Positions 36,639-43,965 of a stretch of 43,965 nucleotides of DNA are shown here, in pieces. Both the position numbers and the translations under genes were made by a program. The DNA comes from Solirubrobacterales bacterium (GTDB lineage: Bacteria > Actinomycetota > Thermoleophilia > Solirubrobacterales > 70-9). Every line of letters starts with the position of its first letter. Within the stretch, counting starts at the first letter, position 1. The notes below the pieces were generated by a model. It worked only from the letters and a program-made list of their open reading frames with translations. It was not told the DNA's origin and ran no database searches. The DNA is taken from positions 1 through 43,965 of the forward strand of contig DASTVL010000067.1 of assembly GCA_035759115.1 (NCBI GenBank), read 5' to 3'.

Positions 36639-37279
36639 GGCTCGTCTGTGGTCTCGCCGAGCGCCTCGCGCAGCTCGCGGACCTGGGTGCGCAGCTCGGC
36701 CAGCTCGCGTTCGACCCGGTCGACGCGGTCCTCGGGGCCGCGCCGCTCCTCCGTCTCCCCGGGCTCCGCGCCGGGAAGGTGCTCGTCGGGCTCGGCGCGC
36801 TCGCCGAGCAGGTGGGCGAAGCGCTCCTCCTTCTGGCCGGGCCGGCGCGGCAGCCGTTCGACGTATTCGCGCTCGACCAGCTTCTCCAGCGTCGCGTGCA
36901 CCGCGGCGAGGTCGGCGAAGCCGTGCAGGCGCCCCGCCCGCTGCTTCAGCTCGCCCGGCGTCTGCGTGCCGCGCAGCATCAGCACCGCGAGCAGCGCCAG
37001 TTCGGCCTCGTCGGCGTCGAACGCCTCGTCGAGCAGGTGGCGGTACTTGCGCGCGCGGTTGCCGGCGCCGCTGGCGAGGCGGGTCCAGCCGCGCAGCGCG
37101 GTACGACGCAGCGCCTCGACCACGGTCGCCTCGTCGTACTCGACAACCGGGTCGCGGTTGGTCGACTGGTTACAGGCGAGCCGCAGCGCGTTGAGCGAGA
37201 GCGGGTAGGCGTCGGGGGTGGTGCGCTGCTTCTCCAGCAGGCACCCCGCCACCCTGATCTCGACCGCGTCCGCGTCCAT
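36629..37279 (-). CDS. YceH/DUF480 family protein
   Basis: RVAGCLLEKQRTTPDAYPLSLNALRLACNQSTNRDPV is the characteristic N-terminus. Confidence 0.8.
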   Translation of the reverse strand: MDADAVEIRVAGCLLEKQRTTPDAYPLSLNALRLACNQSTNRDPVVEYDEATVVEALRRTALRGWTRLASGAGNRARKYRHLLDEAFDADEAELALLAVLMLRGTQTPGELKQRAGRLHGFADLAAVHATLEKLVEREYVERLPRRPGQKEERFAHLLGERAEPDEHLPGAEPGETEERRGPEDRVDRVERELAELRTQVRELREALGETTDEPQA

Positions 37280-37307
37280 CGAGCGGAATGCTATTCGCCG
37301 CGCGCGC

Positions 37308-37733
37308 TCAGAGGACCTGAGCGTCGAGGAAGCCGGCGATCAGGACCAGCCAGCCGCCGATCTCGGTCACGATCAGCGCCCACATGAAGATGCCGAGGCC
37401 GGGAGCGGGCGGGTGGAACTGGTTGGTCGTGTCGCGCCGCCAGCCGTGCAGGACATAGCCGGCGACGGCCGCGTAGAAGTAGAAGGCCATCGCGCCCGCG
37501 GCGAGCAGGTTGACCAGCGTGCTCCAGCCGCTGAGCTCGACGAAGGTCGCCACGAGCAGCAGCGCGAAGCTGTAGAGCAGCGCCGCCCGGTGCGCGGTGT
37601 CCACGTAAGGATGCGCCAGCCCGTCCGCGCTCGTCGCCATCCCCCGGTACTTCCAGATCCCCAGCAGCAGCGCCCAGAGGAACATCGCCGCGGCAAGCAG
37701 CAGGACAACTTTCGTGTCGCACCCCAACTCCAC
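37308..37733 (-). CDS. Small integral membrane protein (about 4 TM)
   Basis: Hydrophobic helices. Start set at GTG 37733 where GC content and hydrophobicity begin; ATG 37685 is an alternative. Confidence 0.5.
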   Translation of the reverse strand: MELGCDTKVVLLLAAAMFLWALLLGIWKYRGMATSADGLAHPYVDTAHRAALLYSFALLLVATFVELSGWSTLVNLLAAGAMAFYFYAAVAGYVLHGWRRDTTNQFHPPAPGLGIFMWALIVTEIGGWLVLIAGFLDAQVL

Positions 37734-37766
37734 CGGGCCGATGCTATCCGGCGGTACGATCCAGAT

Positions 37767-37982
37767 GTGAAGCGAGACGAAAAGACGCCGGCCGAAGTCG
37801 CCGAGGCGGTCCGCGTCAAGCGCCTGCGCGAAGACGCCAAGCGGCCGATCAGCGTGAACCTGGCCGAGACGATTGCGCTCAGCCACGATCTGCTGAAGAT
37901 GGACCTACGTGCGATGAAGCGAGCCGCAGGGCGGGGGCAGGATCTCGTCGATCTGGAGAACCTGGACGCCGCCGAAGTTTGA
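37767..37982 (+). pseudogene. Possible C-terminal remnant of a nucleotidyltransferase-like gene
   Basis: The end ...LRAMKRAAGRGQDLVDLENL resembles the K.AAGRPKDL.DLE.L tail seen in some nucleotidyltransferase-type proteins. No N-terminal catalytic motif. Low-GC context. Confidence 0.3.
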
Positions 37983-38018
37983 GGCAAGACATCGGCGAGG
38001 GGGGAGAGAAGTGGTGCG

Positions 38019-38546
38019 TTGTCTACACGATTCGGCTACCGTCTCGTCATGGAATGCGTCGCAAACACCTTGTTCAAGAGGGCGGCCGAAGACTTGAAGG
38101 TCGCAAAGAAGCTCGCCCAACATCCAGAGCTCGGAGAGGGCGTAGTTGGCTTCTATCTCCAGCAGGTCGTCGAGAAGTCGCTCAAGGTCGCCCTAGCCAT
38201 CAGAGATGTGAAGTTCCCAATGATGGCGCACGATCTCGAGGTCCTGCTGGCACTCGCTGCCGGACACGACATCAAGCCGCCCCCGGAGGTCATCGGCGCA
38301 GGCTGGCTCACTCCATGGGGCACGACATATGAAAATGCCGAAGCATCTCCTGGCGTCTTGAACCACCGGGCAGCATTCGATGTCGGCGAAGCGGCGATCC
38401 GCTGGGCCGAAGGCATGCTCGCCGAGGCGGGAGATTCGCCAGTACCTCAGACAAGTTGCTGTCATACGCCTCCCCCGCCTCCTCGACCCACTCCGGGTCT
38501 TGGTCGCCCCGAGACGGGGGCTGGACCGTCTGGCCGAGGCGGGTGA
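38019..38546 (+). CDS. HEPN domain protein (tail probably read-through)
   Basis: AAEDLKVAKKL...GFYLQQVVEKSLKVALA...HDLEVLL fits the HEPN pattern. The Pro-rich C-terminal approx. 45 aa look non-native. Confidence 0.6.
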   Translation: MSTRFGYRLVMECVANTLFKRAAEDLKVAKKLAQHPELGEGVVGFYLQQVVEKSLKVALAIRDVKFPMMAHDLEVLLALAAGHDIKPPPEVIGAGWLTPWGTTYENAEASPGVLNHRAAFDVGEAAIRWAEGMLAEAGDSPVPQTSCCHTPPPPPRPTPGLGRPETGAGPSGRGG

Positions 38547-38593
38547 CAAGACGAGCGAGCTACCGGTCGTCGCCGCCTATGCTGTCTCGACAA

Positions 38594-38632
<39 letters not shown>

Positions 38633-38730
38633 TCGAAGCGGAGAGGTCAGTGTTTTCGGCTCTGTGCTGCCGGATGCACCGCGCTAGCAGTACTCGTAGA
38701 TTCGCCCCGATCACGCACGATTCGATTCGA

Positions 38731-38761
38731 TTTGGGCAGCGAGGGGATTCCGCTGCCCAAA
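38731..38761. repeat. 11-bp perfect-stem hairpin, preceded by (GATTC)3 at 38720-38734
   Basis: tttgggcagcg / cgctgcccaaa with a 9-nt loop. Confidence 0.7.
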
Positions 38762-38810
38762 GCCCGAAGCCCGAAGCCCGAAGCCCGAAGCCAGAAGCCA
38801 GAAGCCAGGA
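38755..38810 (+). repeat. Heptanucleotide tandem repeat x8 (GCCMRRA)
   Basis: gcccaaa gcccgaa x4 gccagaa x2 gccagga. Confidence 0.9.
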
Positions 38811-39315
38811 TCAGCCTCTACTTCAATTCGAGGGCGATGACTTGCGCAACGGCCGGCGACGAGGCCGAAGCGCGGATGCAACCTCCGCGAAATCTTCAGC
38901 CTTGACACGCTCGGCCAAAGTGGGGTCGAGATACCAATCAGGCCTAGGCATTGCGGACGACGCTGCGTCGCGAGGCTTCGGTGGAGGTTCCCGATACCGG
39001 GAATTCACTTGGTGCCTTTCGGCTGCGCCGAAGGACCCGAATCCGAAGGCTTCGGGGGTGGGGTTTGTGGCGTGGGCACCTGGTTGCTCGGTCTCATCCC
39101 GCGCGTCCCGCTTGGAGACTGTCCGCCGCTGACCGGCCCCGATCCGGTGCGCCGAGAGCCGCTCAACGTCCCGTCCTTCTAGGCGGAGGTTGCGCCGAGC
39201 TTCTCGAGTCTTTCGGGCGAGGTGGCGGAGATTTCGGCGGCTGCGTCGTCGCTTTTGGCGAGTAGCCGCCCTTCTTCTGGATCACTGCTCCTGATTCCCG
39301 ACTCATAGCTTCATC

Positions 39316-39987
39316 CTACTCCTGTCCTGCGTTGAGATCCGCATCGTCGCTTTTCAGAGCGTAGACCTCAAGAGAGACGATGCTCTCGCGCGGCAACCAA
39401 ACTCCCAGCGAATTCGGAGCGGGAGCCACAAACCAACTCTCGGCGTCCAACTCCCATCTCTGCGAGAGGTACAAGTCCTGCGTGTGCTGGGAATACCCCG
39501 CCAGGCTGCCATCTCCGTAGAAGCCGCCCATCACCCGCCCGTCCGAAAGAGTTGCACGAATCATCGCCGGGTCCTGCTTTCCGAATAGCTCATTCCAACC
39601 CGAGAGCATGTTGTGAGCCTCGGAACTTCCGGCACGCCGAAGGAGCCAAGGGCGCAGGCGCTTTGAAGACATCCACAGAGAGCCGATGACCGCGAGCGCA
39701 ATTGGAAGGACCAAGAAGATAATGACGCCCGCGATCAGATCTTCCCCCAGGGTCTTTTCACCACGATAAAACTCGCTCAGGTCGGCCTTGTCCAGCCCCA
39801 GCGCAAGCCCTCCTCCAATGATCAGCGCGAAAACAATCGCGCTATTAAAAAGCGCCTGCAGCAGTCGCTCGAAGGGCGTGTCCTGGCCCTTGACCACATA
39901 GAGGCGCTCTCGAAACAACAGCGTGATGAATCCGGGCAGGACAAAAATTGCGAGGACAAGAATTGCGGTTCCCGTGTCAGGCGTCAT
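39316..39987 (-). CDS. Membrane protein of unknown function (about 4 TM helices plus a soluble C-terminal domain; possibly DUF6338-like)
   Basis: 223-aa ORF with clearly lower GC (around 50-55% by eye). N-terminus ILVLAIFVLPGFITLLFRERL. Confidence 0.7.
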   Translation of the reverse strand: MTPDTGTAILVLAIFVLPGFITLLFRERLYVVKGQDTPFERLLQALFNSAIVFALIIGGGLALGLDKADLSEFYRGEKTLGEDLIAGVIIFLVLPIALAVIGSLWMSSKRLRPWLLRRAGSSEAHNMLSGWNELFGKQDPAMIRATLSDGRVMGGFYGDGSLAGYSQHTQDLYLSQRWELDAESWFVAPAPNSLGVWLPRESIVSLEVYALKSDDADLNAGQE

Positions 39988-40035
39988 GACTCATCGCTCG
40001 TCTCAAGAAGCAGGTAGATCAACCTTGTCTGTCGT

Positions 40036-40242
40036 CTATCTGGGTCTCCGGTTGTACGGACTTTGATTCACCGGCTTGAGTGAAATTCCAATTTGGCTTG
40101 CCCTGGCCTGGACTGCAGCCGCCGACCGACCCAGCTTAAGCCCGATGACGCGGGTCGGAGTGTTTTCTGACGCAAGCCGCCGAAGCCTGCGGTCGTCGCC
40201 CAAGCTCCACGACTGGTTTGCGTTCCGCAAATAGCTGCTCAT
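40036..40242 (-). CDS. Small HTH protein (Myb/SANT- or GcrA-N-terminal-like)
   Basis: 68 aa. WSLGDDRRLRRLASENTPTRVIGLKLGRSAAAVQARASQIG. Confidence 0.5.
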   Translation of the reverse strand: MSSYLRNANQSWSLGDDRRLRRLASENTPTRVIGLKLGRSAAAVQARASQIGISLKPVNQSPYNRRPR

Positions 40243-40395
40243 AAGAACCCTCCTACGTAGATAGCCTGGGCAGCTTAGGAAGCGGCTCGGACGGAGGCGT
40301 GAACGATGTCCTTGAAGGCGTCCTTCGAACTGTGTTTCTGGTCAAGCGACCGGTTCAAGCGCTAGCTTCATTGCAACCGACCGAGGAGGATTCAG

Positions 40396-40611
40396 ATGCA
40401 GTTCAGGGTGCGTCTCGACGAGATACTTCCGACCAAGCAAGCAGCGCGAACCCTGCCCCAAGAGCTGAATCGCCTTGAGCGCGGCGAGGTTGAACAACTC
40501 GTCCTGACCACCCGTAGCAATCCCCGCGCGGTGATCGTCAGCATTGATCGCTTCGATGAACTGATGCGCCGAGAGTCACGAATAGTGGATGGCGACCAAC
40601 TAGCAGCGTAG
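40396..40611 (+). CDS. Phd/YefM-family antitoxin-like protein with no adjacent toxin
   Basis: 71 aa. AARTLPQELNRLERGEVEQLVLTTRSNPRAVIVSIDRFDEL. GAGGAGGA precedes the ATG. Confidence 0.6.
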   Translation: MQFRVRLDEILPTKQAARTLPQELNRLERGEVEQLVLTTRSNPRAVIVSIDRFDELMRRESRIVDGDQLAA

Positions 40612-40641
40612 GATTTCGAACGTTGCTGCTCACTCCGGCTA

Positions 40642-40896
40642 CTAATTCTCAAATCTGTCGGCCGCCCCAGCAAGCTCAGCCACAGAAACTCCGAGGGGGA
40701 CGGCGATTGCCTTGATCGTGGCCCAGGTCGGGTTGGAATGGCCGCGTTCGATCGTTGAGAGGTGGCCGACGGTGACACCGGCGGCGTGGGCCAGGGCTTC
40801 CTGGGTCATGCCGCGTTCTTCGCGCAGCTGGCGGATTGCTTTGCCCAGGGCCGGTTGGGGCTGATCGGAGCGGCGCATCATCGGGCACCGTTTCAA
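40642..40896 (-). CDS. XRE-family HTH regulator
   Basis: LGKAIRQLREERGMTQEALAHAAGVTVGHLSTIERG. Confidence 0.8.
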   Translation of the reverse strand: MKRCPMMRRSDQPQPALGKAIRQLREERGMTQEALAHAAGVTVGHLSTIERGHSNPTWATIKAIAVPLGVSVAELAGAADRFEN

Positions 40897-40935
40897 ACGC
40901 AGGCGTCTCAGGCCATCTGGTACAGCACTTGTGTT

Positions 40936-40954
40936 CTAGCGTAGGCTACGCTAG
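40936..40954. promoter_or_regulatory. 19-bp perfect palindrome in the divergent XRE promoter region (candidate operator)
   Basis: ctagcgtag-g-ctacgctag. Confidence 0.5.
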
Positions 40955-41030
40955 CGTTGTTGCCCGACCAAGAAAGTGCCCCCGCGCTGGTGGAACAGCC
41001 GGGGGCGTGGCACAGGAAGGAGTGCTTCCC

Positions 41031-41321
41031 ATGCAAGACCAGCCTAGTGATGCGGGGCTTGATCTCGTCCCGCCGACCGCCGCCCAGGACCTCAAGGACC
41101 AGGCGGTCGTTCTGACCCATGTGCTCGCCGTCCAACCGGCGCAGCTGATCGTTCCCGAGCTTGTGCGGGAGATCGGCGCGGGGGTCGCCGAGTTCGCCGA
41201 GGGCGATGCCCTGGAGCGCGCTGTGCGCGACCTGACCGGCCTGGGGCTGCTGCGCTGCCCCGGAGGGATCGTCATGCCCACCAGAGCGGCGGTGCGCTTC
41301 AACGAGCTTCTGGGGGGCTGA
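41031..41321 (+). CDS. Hypothetical protein (winged-helix-like?)
   Basis: ATG 41031 follows AGGAAGGAG. 96 aa. 3-nt gap to the next gene. Confidence 0.5.
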   Translation: MQDQPSDAGLDLVPPTAAQDLKDQAVVLTHVLAVQPAQLIVPELVREIGAGVAEFAEGDALERAVRDLTGLGLLRCPGGIVMPTRAAVRFNELLGG

Positions 41322-41324
41322 GGC

Positions 41325-41633
41325 ATGGCCTCCCAGGACTGCGCCGGTGGCTTCGGGGAAAACCTGCGGCGCTGTCGCAGGCGGGCGGGCGTCAGCCAAG
41401 AAGAGCTTGGCTCGCGCTCCTCGCTGCATCGCACCGAGGTAGGACTGCTTGAGCGCGGGGTGCGCACGCCGCGGATCGACACGTTGATCAAACTCGCCTA
41501 CGCCTTGGAGGTCGACCCGGGGGAGCTTCTTGCCGGGATCGACTGGATGCCCGAGGAGACGGAAGTGGTGACGAGGCGGGCGGCGGGGTTCTCGGTCAAG
41601 CCGGTTGGTTCAACGCCAGCCGTTCAGCAGTAG
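41325..41633 (+). CDS. XRE-family HTH regulator
   Basis: FGENLRRCRRRAGVSQEELGSRSSLHRTEVGLLERG. Confidence 0.8.
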   Translation: MASQDCAGGFGENLRRCRRRAGVSQEELGSRSSLHRTEVGLLERGVRTPRIDTLIKLAYALEVDPGELLAGIDWMPEETEVVTRRAAGFSVKPVGSTPAVQQ

Positions 41634-41870
41634 CCGAAGGCAAAAGCCCAGAAACCAAAGCCAGCCAGATCAACACCAAGGCGATCAAGCCAAGCCAGGC
41701 GATCCATGCAGCCGGAATCGGCCCAGGGCAAGGACACCCCCGCAACAGCCCTCGACATGCCCGCTTCCATCCAGCCACAGGCAACAGCCCCACTGCACGA
41801 CACATTGGGAACCCCCCTCTCGGGGGTCCAACCGATGCATTTGCGCCGCTCCGTGGACAACGGGGGCAGG

Positions 41871-42260
41871 ATGGAATCCGCGCGCATCAAACTCGATCCG
41901 CAGGCAATCGAAGCGATCGCCCGCCGCGTGGTCGAGATCCTCGAACAGCGTGGTCTGCAACAGCGCGAGCTTGTCGATGCCGCAGAGCTTGCGCGGCGTT
42001 TCGGGATCGAGCGCTCCTGGGTGTACTCGCACGCGATTGAGTTGGGGGCGGTCAAGCTGGGCAAGGGTCCAAAGCCACGGCTTCGCTTCGATCCCCAGAT
42101 CGCGGCGCGGGTGCTGCGGAGGGTCGGCGGCGATGCTGCGGCTGACCCGCCCGCCCGCTCGGGTAAGCGGGCGGGCCAGCCTTCGGGCAACGGAGGGAGC
42201 GGGGTGCGGCTGCTTCCGATTCACGGGCGGGGGGAGAACGGCCCGCCCTCTGCGGCTTAG
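41871..42260 (+). CDS. xis: Excisionase-like HTH (MerR/HTH_17-type) protein
   Basis: LVDAAELARRFGIERSWVYSHAIELGAVKLG. Lies immediately upstream of int. Start trimmed to ATG 41871. Confidence 0.55.
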   Translation: MESARIKLDPQAIEAIARRVVEILEQRGLQQRELVDAAELARRFGIERSWVYSHAIELGAVKLGKGPKPRLRFDPQIAARVLRRVGGDAAADPPARSGKRAGQPSGNGGSGVRLLPIHGRGENGPPSAA

Positions 42261-42266
42261 ATAGGC

Positions 42267-43499
42267 ATGGCTCGCAAGGCGACGGGACAGGTGATCGAGC
42301 CGACCGAAGGTCGCAGCTGGGCGATCCGCTTCCGGGCCTACGGCAAGCGGCGCTACGTGGCGCTCGGCACCGCCGAGGACGGGTGGAACCGAAAACGGGC
42401 CGAGGCTGAGTTGCGTCACGTCCTGGCCGACGTGGAGCGCGGGCTGTGGCGACCCTACGAGCCAGCGAAGGCTCCGCTGGTCGCGGAGGCTCCGACCTTC
42501 CACGAGTTCGCCTCCGAGTGGCTGGAAGGCCGGGAGCCGGAGCTTCGGCCGAAGACCGTCAAGAGCTACCGCTGGCTGCTCAGCGGCCACCTGCTGCCGC
42601 ACTTCGCCCAGCTGCATCTCGATCAGATCGGCCCCGAGCACGTCGACCGCTACAAGACCGCGAAGCTGCGCGAGGGCACGCTGGGGCCGAATCAGATCAA
42701 CAAGTCGATCGGATTGCTGGCGATGATCCTCGACGCCGCCGGCGACTACGGCCACGTCGATCCGGCGCGCAACCCGGCTCGCGGTCGCAGGCGGCGGGTC
42801 AAGCGCACACAGCCGAGCCGACCGACGATCGAACCGGAGCAGCTGCCTTCGCTGCTCGAGGCGGCAGGAAGGCTGCGGCCGATCCTGGCGACGATGGCCG
42901 GGGCGGGTCTCCGCAACGGCGAGGTCTGCGCACTCGATCTGGACGACTTCGATCCCGGCAGCGGGTCGCTCACCGTGGCGACCGCGAAGACCGACGCCGG
43001 GGTGCGGGTGGTCGATCTGCCCGACGCCCTGCGCCGCGAACTGACCGCGCACAAGGCCCGCATCCGTCGCCGCGAGGGACTGCTGTTCCGCAACCGCAAC
43101 GGGCAGCGCCAAAGCGTCAGCAACGTCGAGCGGCGCTTCAAGACGGCGATCCGCCGTGCCAACGTGCGTCTGGCCGACCTCGGCATCCGGCCGATTGACG
43201 AGGGCGCGACGCCGCACTCGCTGCGCCGCCTCTACGCCAGCCTGCGCTTCGCCCTGGGCGACGATCCCGTGTACGTGGCGGCCCAGTTGGGCCACACCGA
43301 GCCGGGCTTCTCGATGAAGGTCTACGCTAGTGCTGTGCGTCGCCGCGAGCGGTTGATCGGCGTGGCGCTCCGCGAGTTCGATGCAGCGCTCGATTGGGCA
43401 GCAATGGGCAGCGGAGAGCCGGTTTCGGTCGATTCAGAGCCGAGCGCGAGCGACGGGCAGTCGCCGGAAACGGCTCAGCAGAGCCTTTTCACGGCATAG
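42267..43499 (+). CDS. int: Tyrosine recombinase / integrase
   Basis: AGLRNGEVCAL (Arg I), HSLRRLYAS (HxxR), GHTEPGFSMKVYAS (catalytic Tyr). SAM-like N domain. Confidence 0.9.
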   Translation: MARKATGQVIEPTEGRSWAIRFRAYGKRRYVALGTAEDGWNRKRAEAELRHVLADVERGLWRPYEPAKAPLVAEAPTFHEFASEWLEGREPELRPKTVKSYRWLLSGHLLPHFAQLHLDQIGPEHVDRYKTAKLREGTLGPNQINKSIGLLAMILDAAGDYGHVDPARNPARGRRRRVKRTQPSRPTIEPEQLPSLLEAAGRLRPILATMAGAGLRNGEVCALDLDDFDPGSGSLTVATAKTDAGVRVVDLPDALRRELTAHKARIRRREGLLFRNRNGQRQSVSNVERRFKTAIRRANVRLADLGIRPIDEGATPHSLRRLYASLRFALGDDPVYVAAQLGHTEPGFSMKVYASAVRRRERLIGVALREFDAALDWAAMGSGEPVSVDSEPSASDGQSPETAQQSLFTA

Positions 43500-43573
<74 letters not shown>

Positions 43574-43578
43574 TTCGC

Positions 43579-43764
43579 CTATTCGTCGGGGTCGGCCCCC
43601 CGGCGGGCGCGCGATCCGTAGAGCCAGACGGCAAGCAGATCCCCACCGAGCTCCTGACGCAAGCGGGCCAGGAGGCGTTGAATGACCTCGCGCTCGCGCG
43701 ACGCAATGGCTGCTTCGCCGAGGGTCTCTTCCAGCGGAGCGATCCCAACCAGAGAATAGGCGGA
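43579..43764 (-). pseudogene. N-terminal fragment of a MNT-type nucleotidyltransferase, truncated next to the tRNA 3' end
   Basis: ...VIQRLLARLRQELGGDLLAVWLYGSRARRGADPDE-stop stops inside the GSxxRG...D.D motif. No canonical start in the open frame. Confidence 0.5.
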
Positions 43765-43812
43765 CTACGGACGCTTATTCCCCTGGCCAAGGACGCCAAG
43801 TGCCTGCCTGCC

Positions 43813-43965
43813 CTACTCGGACCTCGTCAACTCCGTCGTGCCGGCGTAGGTCGCGTTGCCGGCGGCATCGCCGCAGAGGACTTTTGGGCCGTGGACCCTG
43901 GTGTAGGGGACGGCTTCGAGGTCGAAGTCGAGGGTGACACCGCGCGCGCTGCCCTCGCCGAAGTT
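43813..43965 (-). CDS. C-terminal end of a hypothetical protein entering from the right edge
   Basis: In-frame from the window edge to TAG (43813-43815): NFGEGSARGVTLDFDLEAVPYTRVHGPKVLCGDAAGNATYAGTTELTRSE. Confidence 0.35.
   Translation of the reverse strand, partial: NFGEGSARGVTLDFDLEAVPYTRVHGPKVLCGDAAGNATYAGTTELTRSE

Noticed and set aside
37735-37760. A third, degenerate copy of the tRNA 5' half (gggccgatgctatccgg versus gccccgatagctcagctgg) marking an older island boundary
   Set aside because: Only a short gapped resemblance. It is not distinguishable from chance by eye.
38755-38810. CRISPR array
   Set aside because: The units are 7 nt, directly abutting, with no spacers. This is a simple tandem repeat.

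Overview
Very GC-rich (by eye about 70%) chromosomal segment, probably from an actinobacterium; a Thermoleophilia/Rubrobacteria-like source is only a guess. Many long ORFs in the six-frame track are antisense or out-of-frame shadow ORFs typical of high-GC DNA. I discarded those, or trimmed the ORF to a plausible start. About 55 protein genes and one tRNA can be supported.

Gene content, left to right:
- a benzoylformate-decarboxylase-like ThDP enzyme that runs off the left edge
- a secreted M15 peptidase, a lipoprotein and fumC
- a low-GC islet with an Orc/STAND-like ATPase
- a minus-strand block: lipid kinase, cardiolipin synthase, PAP2, ychF, a tocopherol-cyclase-like protein and an ALDH
- a BtrH-like protein plus a 948-aa secreted orphan protein
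- a hicBA islet
- a methyltransferase, DUF3107, mce, DUF1385, TauE and a GST-like gene
- rarA and a second ALDH
- ccmABCD translationally coupled to hemA-hemC-cobA/hemD, then birA
- a large SF2 helicase
- tlpA, nfeD, an SPFH protein, galT, a hypothetical protein and DUF480
- HEPN debris
- a 4.9-kb integrative element at tRNA-Arg(CCT).

Most unusual observations:
1. Small GC-stemmed palindromic/TIR elements fill the hem-operon spacers. They also sit inside the reading frames of housekeeping genes (rarA, cobA, birA) without breaking them, which recalls the Rickettsia palindromic elements.
2. A 113-117-nt TIR element family has two copies. One supplies the hemA stop codon and ends 1 nt before the hemC ATG.
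3. The ThDP enzyme carries a diverged in-frame 711-bp tandem duplication.
4. The minimal int/xis element duplicates the 5' half of the tRNA rather than the usual 3' part. Its cargo is a membrane protein, a small HTH protein and an orphan Phd/YefM antitoxin.
5. A 199-nt structured spacer ends in an intrinsic terminator about 20 nt before a GST-like gene.

All family calls are by eye from motifs. No database search was run.
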